64,000 nucleotides of DNA from an uncultured virus (IMG/VR IMGVR_UViG_2671180842_000004) (IMGVR_UViG_2671180842_000004), one strand, 5' to 3'. Shown: positions 19,509 to 29,640, numbered from the stretch's first letter. A program made the numbers and translations. The notes: generated from the letters alone by a model not told the origin.

Positions 19509-20021
19509 TTAATATGGTATCTCACAGATACCTCGGCTTGTTTCAATGAATCGACCACCCATATCCAAATCTCGCCCGTAGGCTTCATAGTCAATATAGT
19601 TCTGTAAGTTAGCTGGAATGTCCCCAAGTGCGTTCAATTCGTCTATGTAGTAGTAGGCAACATCTGTCATGGTTTCACAATCGGGATAAAAATAAATATC
19701 GTCCTTATGTTCCACGACTTCTTCCAGCGTCCCATAGTGGCTGATAAATTCGTCCAGACACTCTACGATATAGTCGGGAAGTTCCTCTATCATTTCATAC
19801 ATTTCATTGAGTTCTTCAATGGAAACATATTCCCCTATGTCGATAGGAAAGTTGTCGGTATCATGGACAGCGTATTCTTCGTACTGTTCATTCAAGCCGA
19901 TTTTTTCTTTTACATCTTCCTCGTCAATAGGGAAAGTGAACCACGCACCGACTAAATATCCCTCATTGTATCTGCCAAGATTAGCAATATAAACCGCCAT
20001 ATCATCAATCATAAGCACCAC
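19509..20021 (-). CDS. ardA: Antirestriction protein ArdA (Orf18)
   Basis: VYIANLGRYNEG.LVGAWF...YIDYEAYGRDL; highly acidic. Confidence 0.93.
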   Translation of the reverse strand: MVLMIDDMAVYIANLGRYNEGYLVGAWFTFPIDEEDVKEKIGLNEQYEEYAVHDTDNFPIDIGEYVSIEELNEMYEMIEELPDYIVECLDEFISHYGTLEEVVEHKDDIYFYPDCETMTDVAYYYIDELNALGDIPANLQNYIDYEAYGRDLDMGGRFIETSRGICEIPY

Positions 20022-20029
20022 CTCATTTC

Positions 20030-20533
20030 CTACTCTGGCAGTTCAAAGATACCGTGTTCCGTTACTAAAAATTTTCCGTGTTCCTGCAAGTGAGAAGCAT
20101 AGGCTTCAAAGTCAAAATAGTATTCTTGACAGTCCTCGGATAAATGTTTGAATGTCGGGTCGTTCATCAGCTTTTGCCTTGCAACATCAATCATGCTTTT
20201 GCAGTCGGGATAAACGGTAATCACGTTCCTGCAAATATAAAGTGCTTCTAAATTCTCATACACGGTAAGTAGTGATACATATTCTTCCTGCATATCACTT
20301 GAAAGCTGGCGGTACATAAAATCTAATTCGTTGAGCTGATACACGCTGGTGTGTTCGTGGACTTCATCAGCATAAGGCAGTACCTTTTCGATAATGCGGT
20401 AATCCCCACTTTCTGCACCGACACCTAATTTTTCTTCAAACTCGGCAACATCTATCGGCAGGTCAAACCAGTATGATATTGTTTCTTCGCCAGTTGTTCC
20501 TCTCGTTTCCACCAGCACCCTTGTTTCCTGCAT
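20030..20533 (-). CDS. Second, divergent ArdA-like protein
   Basis: WFDLPID..EFEEKLGV...YFDFEAYASHL; acidic, same size as the neighbour. Confidence 0.75.
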   Translation of the reverse strand: MQETRVLVETRGTTGEETISYWFDLPIDVAEFEEKLGVGAESGDYRIIEKVLPYADEVHEHTSVYQLNELDFMYRQLSSDMQEEYVSLLTVYENLEALYICRNVITVYPDCKSMIDVARQKLMNDPTFKHLSEDCQEYYFDFEAYASHLQEHGKFLVTEHGIFELPE

Positions 20534-20748
20534 TGTTCCTCACGTCCTTTCTGTTGTTTCCTCACATCTTTTATGGTCTGGTACGACATACCAAACACAT
20601 ACTTTGAAAAATCTTCTAACTGTTTTTCTTCATAATCGGCAGGGTTCAGTCGTTTCATTTCATGCCACACTTTACGCTTGTAAGAGGGCAGGTCGGAAAT
20701 GTATTCACAGCCGACTTTTGCCTGCATATCCTTAAAAATATCGTTCAT
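20452..20748 (-). CDS. Hypothetical ICE protein
   Basis: RBS GGAGTG; DMQAKVGCEYISDLP motif typical of clostridial ICE small genes. Confidence 0.55.
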   Translation of the reverse strand: MNDIFKDMQAKVGCEYISDLPSYKRKVWHEMKRLNPADYEEKQLEDFSKYVFGMSYQTIKDVRKQQKGREEQCRKQGCWWKREEQLAKKQYHTGLTCR

Positions 20749-20777
20749 TTCATCACTCCAATCTGAAATTTTGGCAA

Positions 20778-20809
20778 GAAAAAAGCAGTCAATCCTAAGA
20801 CTAACTGCT
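20778..20809 (-). terminator. Terminator after cat; identical to 24848-24879
   Basis: Minus strand AGCAGTTAGTCTTAGGATTGACTGCTTTTTTC. Confidence 0.8.
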
Positions 20810-20830
20810 TTGTGTATATCTGGTATTAGA

Positions 20831-21478
20831 TTATGAAATTGAGTTTATCAATTCTTGTACTTCATTAAAAAATCTGGATAAATGAAAACCATCTGCAACG
20901 GCATGATGTATATTCATTGTAAGAGGCATTATATATCTTTCTCGCTCTAATTCGTATTTACCCCAAGTAATAACTGGTGCAAGAAATTTCCCTTCGTCAA
21001 AAACATGAACATCAAAATGATTGTATTTTACCCATGGCAAACAAGATACATCAAAAAAGTTCAAAGGTTGATTTGCTACGAATGCACGTTCCATTTTATG
21101 TTTCTCTCTATCTAACATAAATCGTTCATGAAATTCAAATATGCTATCAGAAAAATCTGTAACCATTTTTGTGAAATTCTCATCTTCTTTATGAAATTCA
21201 GCATAGGACGGGGAAATATAGTCCCATTTAATTAAATTACCTTTATTGTCCCAACTATATTTAAACTCATCATGTTCATTAACGACCTTTGAAACAACCC
21301 ATATCATAGCTGGATAAAATTTCAAATCATGGCTTTTTGAAAATTCAATTAGATTTGTTACATCAATATCTACGGTTAAGCTCATAACGATACGCATATC
21401 ATCAATGTAACTTTGAAACAATTTACCTCTATTCCATTTTTCTAAATCAATTTTTGTATATTTATATTCCATGTCCAT
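20831..21478 (-). CDS. cat: Type A chloramphenicol acetyltransferase-like protein
   Basis: IDL..W.R...F, FYPAMI, VSCLPW, PVITWGKY and the catalytic HHAVADGFH motif. Confidence 0.88.
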   Translation of the reverse strand: MDMEYKYTKIDLEKWNRGKLFQSYIDDMRIVMSLTVDIDVTNLIEFSKSHDLKFYPAMIWVVSKVVNEHDEFKYSWDNKGNLIKWDYISPSYAEFHKEDENFTKMVTDFSDSIFEFHERFMLDREKHKMERAFVANQPLNFFDVSCLPWVKYNHFDVHVFDEGKFLAPVITWGKYELERERYIMPLTMNIHHAVADGFHLSRFFNEVQELINSIS

Positions 21479-21553
21479 TCTCCTTTACATTTTGAAATTC
21501 AGTAAAATGCAAGGCTCTCTGGATAACATTTCACTCCATGCAAGTCTATTCCA

Positions 21554-21592
21554 TTAAGCCTTGTATGGAGATAATACAATACACAATTTCAT
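21554..21592 (-). promoter_or_regulatory. Leader peptide MKLCIVLSPYKA upstream of cat (attenuator)
   Basis: Strong RBS AAGGAGG; alternative pairings with downstream CTTGCATGGAG and GAGCCTTG. Confidence 0.6.
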
Positions 21593-21641
21593 AATATCCC
21601 TCCTTATCCAATAAACCTTAGTTTATTGTTTTCATACTCAG

Positions 21642-21670
21642 ATTATACCATTCATATATAGGCTCTACAA
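21642..21670 (-). promoter_or_regulatory. SigA-type promoter of the cat cassette
   Basis: TTGTAG-17 nt-TATAAT with a TG extension. Confidence 0.65.
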
Positions 21671-21679
21671 TAAAAATCA

Positions 21680-21901
21680 TTATGCACCAATAATCTTATT
21701 GAACAGCTCTAACAGTACATCTTTCACACCGCCAGCGTTGAATACTAAGCCGACAGCAATAAGGGCAACTACCAAGAAGCCAATAAGTTTTGAAAACTCA
21801 CGCTTGAACCCTAAGTAGATACCGATAACCACAATCGCCATAAGCACTAAGCTCTGTGCATTTGATAAAAACCATTGATACAAATTTTGTCCGAAATTCA
21901 T
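21680..21901 (-). CDS. Tn916 Orf19-like small membrane protein
   Basis: MNFGQNLYQWFLSNAQSLV...KREFSKLIGF. Confidence 0.88.
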   Translation of the reverse strand: MNFGQNLYQWFLSNAQSLVLMAIVVIGIYLGFKREFSKLIGFLVVALIAVGLVFNAGGVKDVLLELFNKIIGA

Positions 21902-22036
21902 TTAATTGTCCTCGCTTTCTTCTAATTGTTTCATTTCATAGTCAGCTTCTTTGCCGATACTCAAAATACACATCAAGACTACGCCGATACCCATTCCCAT
22001 AGATACCAGCAGGAAGTCTTTTACTAATTCCCACAT
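21902..22036 (-). CDS. Small membrane protein (DUF3789-like, 44 aa); not in ORF track
   Basis: RBS GGAGTG; MWELVKDFLLVSMGMGIGVVLMCILSIGKEADYEMKQLEESEDN. Confidence 0.65.
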   Translation of the reverse strand: MWELVKDFLLVSMGMGIGVVLMCILSIGKEADYEMKQLEESEDN

Positions 22037-22048
22037 TTTTTATCACTC

Positions 22049-23245
22049 CTAACTTTCCACCAAATCTTTTGCAGGGGTCGTCTGCTGTTTGATTATCATT
22101 TCATGCTTTTCACTCAAAGTTGCCTGCTTTTCAATCGTTTCCATATAGTCAGTCCCGTTTCCCTTATCAATCTTTTTCAGCATTTTCAAGGTAGGTGCTA
22201 CCTGCCTTTGTACCCACCGCAATGTACGGTCTAAGGTGTAAGGCTCTGGCTTTGTCGTCAGCTTCAAGCTCTGTCTGTTATCGCCGATAAACCAAGCCCA
22301 GCGGTCATTGAGTTTCCAGTCATTTTTTCGCTTGTCTGGTTCTTCATCAACAAACCGCACATACTGGTTGATGATAGAAAAGGCGGTCTGTTCTGCGTCA
22401 TAATAGGTCAGCAAATCTCGTACTGCATAATAGGCACGCTCATTTCTAAGCCGTATCTCAAAACGGTTGATAATGTCGGCTTCATTAAGCGGTGTACCCA
22501 ACTTGACGTACTGCTCATAGTCCTTTTCATAGATACAGAAATATACATCTGATTTCAGCGAACCAAGATAAAGAGTGCGTCCCATATATTCTCTGTCGTC
22601 CTCTCTGTGCTTGATAAGCTCGCCCGACTGGTAAAACTTATAACTTCTGGACTTTCCGATATATTCCCGTTTCCTGCATTTTTCCGCAAGCTCTGGAATA
22701 TCCAAAATGCCCGTATGGTCGTTGATAGCAAGGTCGATACGCTTCATCACGCCACCGTCTACGAGTGCGTCCATGAGGAAGTCATACCAGCTTCTTTGCT
22801 GTGCCAACAGGTAACTTTCAAACTGCCTGCAACCACGCCCCTTTAACTCTAAAAGGACACCTTTTTCTTCGTCAGCCGACGTATAGATAAAGATGTCCCC
22901 TAAAGAGTAATGCTCCGTATAGCTGTAATGTCCGTAATCTTCATGGAGCATATAGTTGATATTCAGTTTTAATATATCTTTGATGATGTGCTGTATATCC
23001 AGCGTGGGAAAACGAATTTTTACATAATCAAACAACATGGTAAGCGGTGCTTCTGGATTGAACCTTGCCAGTTCCTTATGCAGAGTTTCCAGAAGTTCCT
23101 TTGACGGCTTCATTTTTCCGCTTTCTATCTTATTGAGATATTCCCTTGTTATACCAGAAGCCACCGCCAGCCTGCCTTGTGAGATACCGTAAGCAATCCG
23201 TTTCTCCCGTAATTCTTTTATCCATTGTTCTTCATTCAGAACCAT
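22049..23245 (-). CDS. MobT-family relaxase (Orf20/NicK; N-terminal HTH plus Rep_trans)
   Basis: XRE HTH, ELKGRGCRQFE, RIDLAIND, TLYLGS, IYEKDYEQ and RFEIRL motifs. Confidence 0.93.
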   Translation of the reverse strand: MVLNEEQWIKELREKRIAYGISQGRLAVASGITREYLNKIESGKMKPSKELLETLHKELARFNPEAPLTMLFDYVKIRFPTLDIQHIIKDILKLNINYMLHEDYGHYSYTEHYSLGDIFIYTSADEEKGVLLELKGRGCRQFESYLLAQQRSWYDFLMDALVDGGVMKRIDLAINDHTGILDIPELAEKCRKREYIGKSRSYKFYQSGELIKHREDDREYMGRTLYLGSLKSDVYFCIYEKDYEQYVKLGTPLNEADIINRFEIRLRNERAYYAVRDLLTYYDAEQTAFSIINQYVRFVDEEPDKRKNDWKLNDRWAWFIGDNRQSLKLTTKPEPYTLDRTLRWVQRQVAPTLKMLKKIDKGNGTDYMETIEKQATLSEKHEMIIKQQTTPAKDLVES

Positions 23246-23364
23246 ACCCCCAATCTGTAAAGTGTGAAGTTTTTAGGGGCGACTTCACAACCGATTTTTG
23301 CTAGGAAACCATGCCAGAAGCCTTATGTTTCCTATGTTTTTGTCTATTGTCTATTTGCAAACGT

Positions 23365-23389
23365 ACCCCTCTGTTAGATACCGAGGGGT
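23365..23389 (-). other. oriT nick-site hairpin
   Basis: Minus strand ACCCCTCGGTATCTAACAGAGGGGT, matching the Tn916/ICEBs1 CTAA-loop hairpin upstream of the relaxase. Confidence 0.85.
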
Positions 23390-23427
23390 TTTACCTGCTG
23401 GCGTGGCTTACGCCACACCAGCAACGG

Positions 23428-24822
23428 CTAGTCCGTGCCGTCGCCTTTCGCTTCGCACGTCGCCGTCCCGTCCTGCCTTGCTTGTGCAAGAGAACCGATA
23501 GTCTTCAAAAAATCATGTCCTTTCGGGACTAAGGGCGTGTAAAATTCGCTTATCACGCTTGTTCCTACATCACAATAGCCACGACCCTTGATACGCTTCT
23601 GGAAAAACTGCTTTTTCACATCAGAACCGAACAGCATACCATATCCTAACTCGCTGATACGCCCCAATCCTACACGGAAATTGAAGTTATCTCTGATACC
23701 GTCCGAGAAATACTTTGCGTCTGGACGCTGGCAGGCAACGATAAGGAAATAACCTGCTTGTCGCCCCAGCATAACGATTTTCTTTAACTGGCTAAGTAGG
23801 CTCACGCTTTCTTTCGTTCCCAGCATTTCAAAAAAAGCCACATATTCATCAAAGATAAGAAAGCAGGGTGGCAGTCCCAGATAGGCGTAGTTTTCGCCTG
23901 TCTTGTAGTTCGAGTGTTGCTTCATTTCCTCACTTCGTTGTACCATGCCCTCATAAAAGGAATTGACGCAATCTATCATTTCTTCTTTGGTGTGGTACAC
24001 GTTTCCCATGACTGTTCCCAAATCTGCAAGGTCAGCGTTCTTTGGGTCTAAGATGTAAAGGACAGCGTTGGTATGCAGTAAGGCTTCAATGAGCGTCAGC
24101 AGAAAGTAAGTCTTACCGCCACCAGTCCCACCAGCAATCAGGGCGTGAGGGAGTGCGTCATATTCCCAGACAAGATTTTTCATCAGTCTAAGACAGCCGT
24201 TTTCTGCCCGTACTTCATCAATGGTAATGCGGTTTGCTATCATATCATAAAGCAGGGTATATTCAATATAACCGTCATGCAGTGTTTTGTCGGTTAGCTC
24301 ACAATACAAGCCACTTTCCAATTTATCCTCTAACCGTAAAAGCTGGTCTTGATATTTCCCCAGCGTAATTTCACAGCGGATATGAAGCAGTCCCTTTTCC
24401 ATTTGATAATAAATCTTTGGAAACCAGACGATTTTTTCCCTTGATCTGCTTTGCAGGTCAGTAAAAAAACCGCTGTCTTGTACGGTATCGGCTTCATACC
24501 ACTTATTTTCCAGTATCATTCTTGCCAGCTTTTGACGGTGCAGGAGCTTCTTGAAACTGTCGTAACAGAAGCGATAATACAGAAAAGCGACCAATGCACA
24601 AACACCAGTCGCTATCAGTATGGTTATCAAGTTGTAAGGGGATAACGTCAAGCCTTTTTCCAACAAGCTGAAATGTTCCCAATCGGTACGCATGAGCTGT
24701 TTGATATTCAGTAGCAGGAGAACCGCCACGAATACAAACAGAAGCGTCCCTATGGAAAAGTGATAGACAAGGTGCTTGTCGCTGGCTCTGATACGGTGTC
24801 CTTTGTTCCAAATCTTACGCAT
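23428..24822 (-). CDS. FtsK/SpoIIIE-type coupling protein (Orf21/TcpA)
   Basis: Two N-terminal TMs, HALIAGGTGGGKT, FDEY, LGRQAG. Confidence 0.92.
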   Translation of the reverse strand: MRKIWNKGHRIRASDKHLVYHFSIGTLLFVFVAVLLLLNIKQLMRTDWEHFSLLEKGLTLSPYNLITILIATGVCALVAFLYYRFCYDSFKKLLHRQKLARMILENKWYEADTVQDSGFFTDLQSRSREKIVWFPKIYYQMEKGLLHIRCEITLGKYQDQLLRLEDKLESGLYCELTDKTLHDGYIEYTLLYDMIANRITIDEVRAENGCLRLMKNLVWEYDALPHALIAGGTGGGKTYFLLTLIEALLHTNAVLYILDPKNADLADLGTVMGNVYHTKEEMIDCVNSFYEGMVQRSEEMKQHSNYKTGENYAYLGLPPCFLIFDEYVAFFEMLGTKESVSLLSQLKKIVMLGRQAGYFLIVACQRPDAKYFSDGIRDNFNFRVGLGRISELGYGMLFGSDVKKQFFQKRIKGRGYCDVGTSVISEFYTPLVPKGHDFLKTIGSLAQARQDGTATCEAKGDGTD

Positions 24823-24847
24823 AAATCAATCACTCCTTTCTGGGTAC

Positions 24848-24879
24848 GAAAAAAGCAGTCAATCCTAAGACTAACTGCT
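24848..24879 (-). terminator. Terminator after the 204-aa gene; identical to 20778-20809
   Basis: Same 32 bp, GAAAAAAGCAGTCAATCCTAAGACTAACTGCT. Confidence 0.8.
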
Positions 24880-24888
24880 AGTTACGAT

Positions 24889-25503
24889 TTATTTGAAATG
24901 TGAAATCTTTCCGTATTTTTCGTATGAATATTTAAGCATTTGATAAATATCTTCTCTAAGAATATACTGGTATGTTTCTGAGATTGTTTCATACACCGGA
25001 ATAGGAATTGCTTTTGATGAAGTCCTTTGGTTCGATTTTATCAACACTCTTTTTGCTGGCTTAGATACTGTTTTATGAACCCAATCCGAATTCAATAAAC
25101 AGTGTCCCATAGGTGTACCAGAACTGCAATATGGTTGATTTTCATTCTTAATAAATCTAAGCAATAATTTATAATCACTTGAAGATAAGTTATCCACATC
25201 TGTCCAAAGAAATTCTAAACTCTGTTGCCATTCTTCTGCTTGTCTCTGTTTGTTACGTTGTTCCACACCTTTTGAATAATTATGATACTGTATTTTCTGT
25301 ACCAACCATATTACTAATTCGATGATTAGAAACCATACGCAGAATAGGAAAACAGCATACCCCCAAATAGTGAATTTTACCAATAACTTATTATCCGTAG
25401 GTGTAACGTAATAAGCTATAAAAGAAAAAACTATTGCAATAACTGTCGGTACTAAATACTTTTCAAGAAATATCTTTAATAAATCTAATAACTTTTCACT
25501 CAT
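24889..25503 (-). CDS. AT-rich 2-TM protein of unknown function with its own promoter
   Basis: Two N-terminal TM helices, coiled segment and soluble C-domain. TTGCCT-17-TATAAT at 25542-25570. Confidence 0.75.
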   Translation of the reverse strand: MSEKLLDLLKIFLEKYLVPTVIAIVFSFIAYYVTPTDNKLLVKFTIWGYAVFLFCVWFLIIELVIWLVQKIQYHNYSKGVEQRNKQRQAEEWQQSLEFLWTDVDNLSSSDYKLLLRFIKNENQPYCSSGTPMGHCLLNSDWVHKTVSKPAKRVLIKSNQRTSSKAIPIPVYETISETYQYILREDIYQMLKYSYEKYGKISHFK

Positions 25504-25593
25504 GCATCTATGCCCCTTAATTAAAAAATCACATTAAAAATATTATACGATTTCTTAATTGCAGAGGCAATCAAAATATATTTGATGAACTAA

Positions 25594-25977
25594 TTATTTT
25601 TTCGTTTGTCCCTGCGGTGTATGGTTCTGGGGATTGCCTGCGTTTTGATTGCCTTTATTCTTCAACACAATATCCTCTGCCTTTACATACCAGTCCACAT
25701 CTGCACCCGTATAGGTCTTTCTTGATACCGTATCGGCTACTGGATTGACAAGCTCCACAACTGCATTGTACGGAAATTCCCTTAACGGTACTTCTGGCGG
25801 TACGGACACGGGGATAATTCCACCATGCAGACTGCACTTCAAATCATAGATACGCTTTTTAAGCTGAGTACTCGGTGTCCCGTCCTCGTTCTGCAAGAAC
25901 ACATCACGCACCGCTGTAAATTTTAATTCTCCAAATGTTTTCTCTTTGTCAATGACAAAACCGTTTGATAATCTCAT
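25594..25977 (-). CDS. YdcP/HelP family protein (Orf22)
   Basis: MRLSNGFVIDKEKTFGELKF...DVDWYVKAEDIVL. Confidence 0.9.
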   Translation of the reverse strand: MRLSNGFVIDKEKTFGELKFTAVRDVFLQNEDGTPSTQLKKRIYDLKCSLHGGIIPVSVPPEVPLREFPYNAVVELVNPVADTVSRKTYTGADVDWYVKAEDIVLKNKGNQNAGNPQNHTPQGQTKK

Positions 25978-25992
25978 AAATTCTTCACTCCT

Positions 25993-26319
25993 TTACTTTT
26001 CTTCAACTGCCACAATATCATCAGCAACTAATACATAATCGGTATGTCCCATATCCCCGATTGCGTAACCTCTGCCGTATAACTTCGGATTGACAAGTTT
26101 TACTTTCTGCTCATACTTGAAATGCTTTTCACCAGCCTGCACGGGAATTTCTACCACAACATTTTCACCTTTCTGTACGTCAGAATAAAGGTTATAGCTT
26201 CGTCTGGCTAAAACCCTGCGGTTATTTTTATCTCTTTCAAAGATAGGCTCGCTTTCGCCTGCAAATTCAAGAGTTCCAAAAGACTGTGCCATATCTGGCA
26301 CGACATATTTCATTTCCAT
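25993..26319 (-). CDS. YdcP/HelP family protein (Orf23)
   Basis: VVPDMAQSFGTLEFAG...RSYNLYSDVQ...ADDIV. Confidence 0.9.
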   Translation of the reverse strand: MEMKYVVPDMAQSFGTLEFAGESEPIFERDKNNRRVLARRSYNLYSDVQKGENVVVEIPVQAGEKHFKYEQKVKLVNPKLYGRGYAIGDMGHTDYVLVADDIVAVEEK

Positions 26320-26347
26320 ATTGTTTTACCTCGTTTCTTTCTATATT

Positions 26348-26545
26348 TTATAAGTTGATTGATTGTGATTTCTTATTCTGGCGGTTTGGGAAGTACCAGC
26401 AATCCCACCGATAGTAAAGGGTAAAATAAATGCTTACGCACCCTTGACTATCCGTGTTCTTGCAGGTTGTTGGCAGACAAGCCAGAATAAGCGGAAGTCT
26501 GCCGTTTGACAGCTTCGGCGGAGAGCGTGATTTTCCTTTTTTCAT
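26348..26545 (-). CDS. Possible small hypothetical or degenerate gene
   Basis: Weak RBS (GGCGGT) just after the adhesin stop; no recognisable domain. Confidence 0.3.
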   Translation of the reverse strand: MKKGKSRSPPKLSNGRLPLILACLPTTCKNTDSQGCVSIYFTLYYRWDCWYFPNRQNKKSQSINL

Positions 26546-26557
26546 GCTATTACCGCC

Positions 26558-29500
26558 CTATGATTTTTTCATTTTACGGCGTTTGTAAAGATATGTTCCA
26601 GCAAGCCCACCACCAGATGTAAGCAACATCACAAGAAATGCAATGACATTTGTACTGTCGCCCGTTTTGGGACTGTCGCTAGGTCTGCTAGGTTCTTCTG
26701 GTGTCTGTGGCGTTTCTGGTTTCTCTGGTTCTTCTGGGACTTCTGGTTTTTCCTTAAATGTAATCGTCTGTCCCTCTTCCTCAATGTCCTTATGCTCGGT
26801 AACTTTCTTCGGCTCGTCTGGATTGCTTAAATCGTATAATTCCTCAAAAGTTACAAGCTGTTTGCCGTCAAGAGAAGTAGCGTCAAAGGTAAAGGCAACT
26901 TCCACTTTCATAGTTTCGCTGTCAGCGGTAAAAGTATAATCACTTTCCACACGTTTTCCATTGATAAGAAGCTCTGCATTTTTTTCTTTCAACATCTGCC
27001 AGCCTACAAGTTTATACTGTGTACCGACTTCTAAACCCTCTAAGGTTACGGTATCAATAATTGTAATGTCTTTTCCAGCTTCAAGCTCTTTGTTGCCGTC
27101 CTTGTCGGTAGCAGTCGTATGTATCTTGATGATACGCTCTGTAATCAATACAGTTTGCCCGTCGTCCTCAATGTCCTTGTGTTCCGCAATTTTTACGGGT
27201 TCGTCTGGATTGCTTAAATCGTATAATTCCTCGAATGTTACCAGATTTTTACCGCCAAGCTCGGACGCATTGAATGTATAAGAAATTTCCACTTTCATTT
27301 CTTCATCATCAGCGACAAAGGTATAGTCATTTTCTACACGTTTCCCGTCAATAACAAGCTCGGCATTTTCTTCCTTTAACATCTGCCAGCCTTTTAACTG
27401 GTATTTTGTGCCTTTTGTAAGTCCGTCTAATTTGACAGTATCGACGATTGTTACCTCTTTTCCTGCAAGGATAGTCTTTTCGCCGTTCTTACTGGTCGCT
27501 GTGGTATGGATAGATATTTCTTTTTCGTATTCATCAGTCAAAGTCCCTAAGTCAATCACAAGGTTATTTCTTGATACCACGATTTCAAAAGGTGGGATAA
27601 GCTCAAAGCCTTTGTTACTGTCAGAGCGTAATTCTTCAATGATGTAAGTATCATAAGGCAATGCACCTTTGCTGTCGTCGGGTTCAGAAGTTCCAAACCA
27701 TACACCGTCCTCACTTGTTTTGCCTGCGTTGGTATTGTGCTTATGTGAAGCCCAGTCAGCAGAAGTGGAGAATTGCCCATTATCATCAGTTACCACAATA
27801 TGACTTTCGCCCGTTGTCTTGCTTGTGATCCTAAAGGGAACATCAGCAAGACGTTTGTGTGTGCCTGCACCGATTTTTACGCCCTCAATATCTCCACGCT
27901 TAATCTGATTGTAGATAGAATGGGCTTCGTCGGTTAAGTCCATGATTTTTTCGTTTTCTGTGATTGCAAAATCAATCGGTTTTGCACCGTCTGTCAAATA
28001 TCCGTTTGGAGCTTCACTTTCAACAATACGGAAATTTCCATAAGGTAAAAGGTCGGCAGAAGTAGAAGCGACACCCTCAATATCCGTATGGATTGTTTTT
28101 ACCACTTCATTTTTCTTGTATAGCTTACCCTCAACCAATACTGCATTATCATTTAAGGAAATGATGTCAAAAGCAGTATCTTTCAAGGTAGCACTTCCTT
28201 GTGGTTTGGTATCGCCCGTTTCTAAATCTCGTTTCTGAATTTTGACACCGCCACGGATAACTTTATCTGATACAGAAAACTGGTTACTTCCAGATAATAC
28301 GGCAAGGTCGCCGTCCTCGGTAATCTGTGTTACATATAAGCCCTTAATCTGTTCGGACTTATCGCCAGCCTGCATATATGCACCGTCAAGCAAGTAGCCG
28401 TTTGGAGCTTTTGTTTCCTCAACGGTTAATGTTCCTAAAGGAAGAACCGCCTTACCGTCCTGCATATAGAAGCTGTCGCCAGATACCTTGTATGCGTCCG
28501 CTAATTTTGTGATGTAATGGGTTGTCCCGTCGCTGTCAGTTTCAGCGATTGTCTTTGTAACCCATGTACGAGTAGCTTCGGCAGGAAGATTGTCTTTGTT
28601 ATAGAAGCCAGCATAATACTTCCATGTAAATTCCGCACCTGCTAGAGAAGCGTTCCCCTGCGGATTGTCTTTCTGTGTTTCCATGTCAATCTTGAAAAGC
28701 TCAATCAAAGTATCCGTTACCTTTGGTGTATCAGATACTTTTAAGGTTGCTGTTTCGCCAGCTTTGATTGTCAATGGATAGACTGTTTTATCCACTTTAT
28801 ATCCTGCTGGTGCAGAAAGCTCTTTGATATATACTGTCCCTGCTTTGACTTCTACAACATTCGTATTTCCGTTTTCATCAGTCGTAAGGGTGGCAAGCTG
28901 TTTTGTGCAGTCCTTATCAGAAAAGACACCATAAGTTGCACCAGAGATAGAGTAATTTCCGTTACCGTCTGTAATGCTGGTATTACTGGAAGTCTTTTGC
29001 AGCTTCGCATTTCCGACATTCAGCTTCGCCCAGAATTGTCCCAATTCCTGCCCCTCGCCAGAGTAGATATAACCGCCACATTCATAGCGTCCTTTATTTT
29101 CTTTGACAAAGGCTTTTGCACCAGCGAAAACTTCGTCCTGCGTAGCTTTTGGTATTTCATCATAAGAAGCTCGCACGTTGTCGCATTGCCAGCCAAGATG
29201 TACGCTTAATCTCTGCCAGACAACACATTGTTCCAACAGATAAACTTGTTTGTAATTCAATTCCTTGTGAGCTTCGCCATACTGTTTGACATACTCTAAG
29301 GATAACGCCACATCTGAAATCTGGTCGGCACTCATGCGTGAGCTTGCGTCAGTTCTGGTCTTGTAACCATTCTTGAAATCTGTATTGATGTCAATACAAT
29401 AGGCAGTTTCGCCCTCAACTTTCATCATGCCCTCATTGAATGTAGAACCGATAGAACCGTCATTCATTACTTTTTCAATGATACCGACACGCTCTGCACT

Positions 29501-29610
29501 TTCCGTCCAGTATTGCTTGCTTTCTGCATGAACGGGTGTAGTCGGTAAAGCAGTAACGATAGTTGCAAGAGCTAAGAAGCCCGTACACAATCGTTTTAAC
29601 ATCTTTTTCA
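26558..29610 (-). CDS. Sortase-anchored surface adhesin with Cna-B/SpaA-type domains and two C-terminal repeats
   Basis: Signal peptide from ATG 29610 (RBS AAGGAG), VEETKAPNGY-type motifs, duplicated IHTTAT...EHKDIE repeat, SPKTG plus TM plus basic tail. Confidence 0.9.
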
Positions 29611-29640
29611 TAAATCTAATGCTCCTTTCATTTTGGGTAT

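Noticed and set aside
23298..23532. Plus-strand ORFs over oriT
   Set aside because: They are antisense to the coupling gene end and oriT hairpins, with no coding features.
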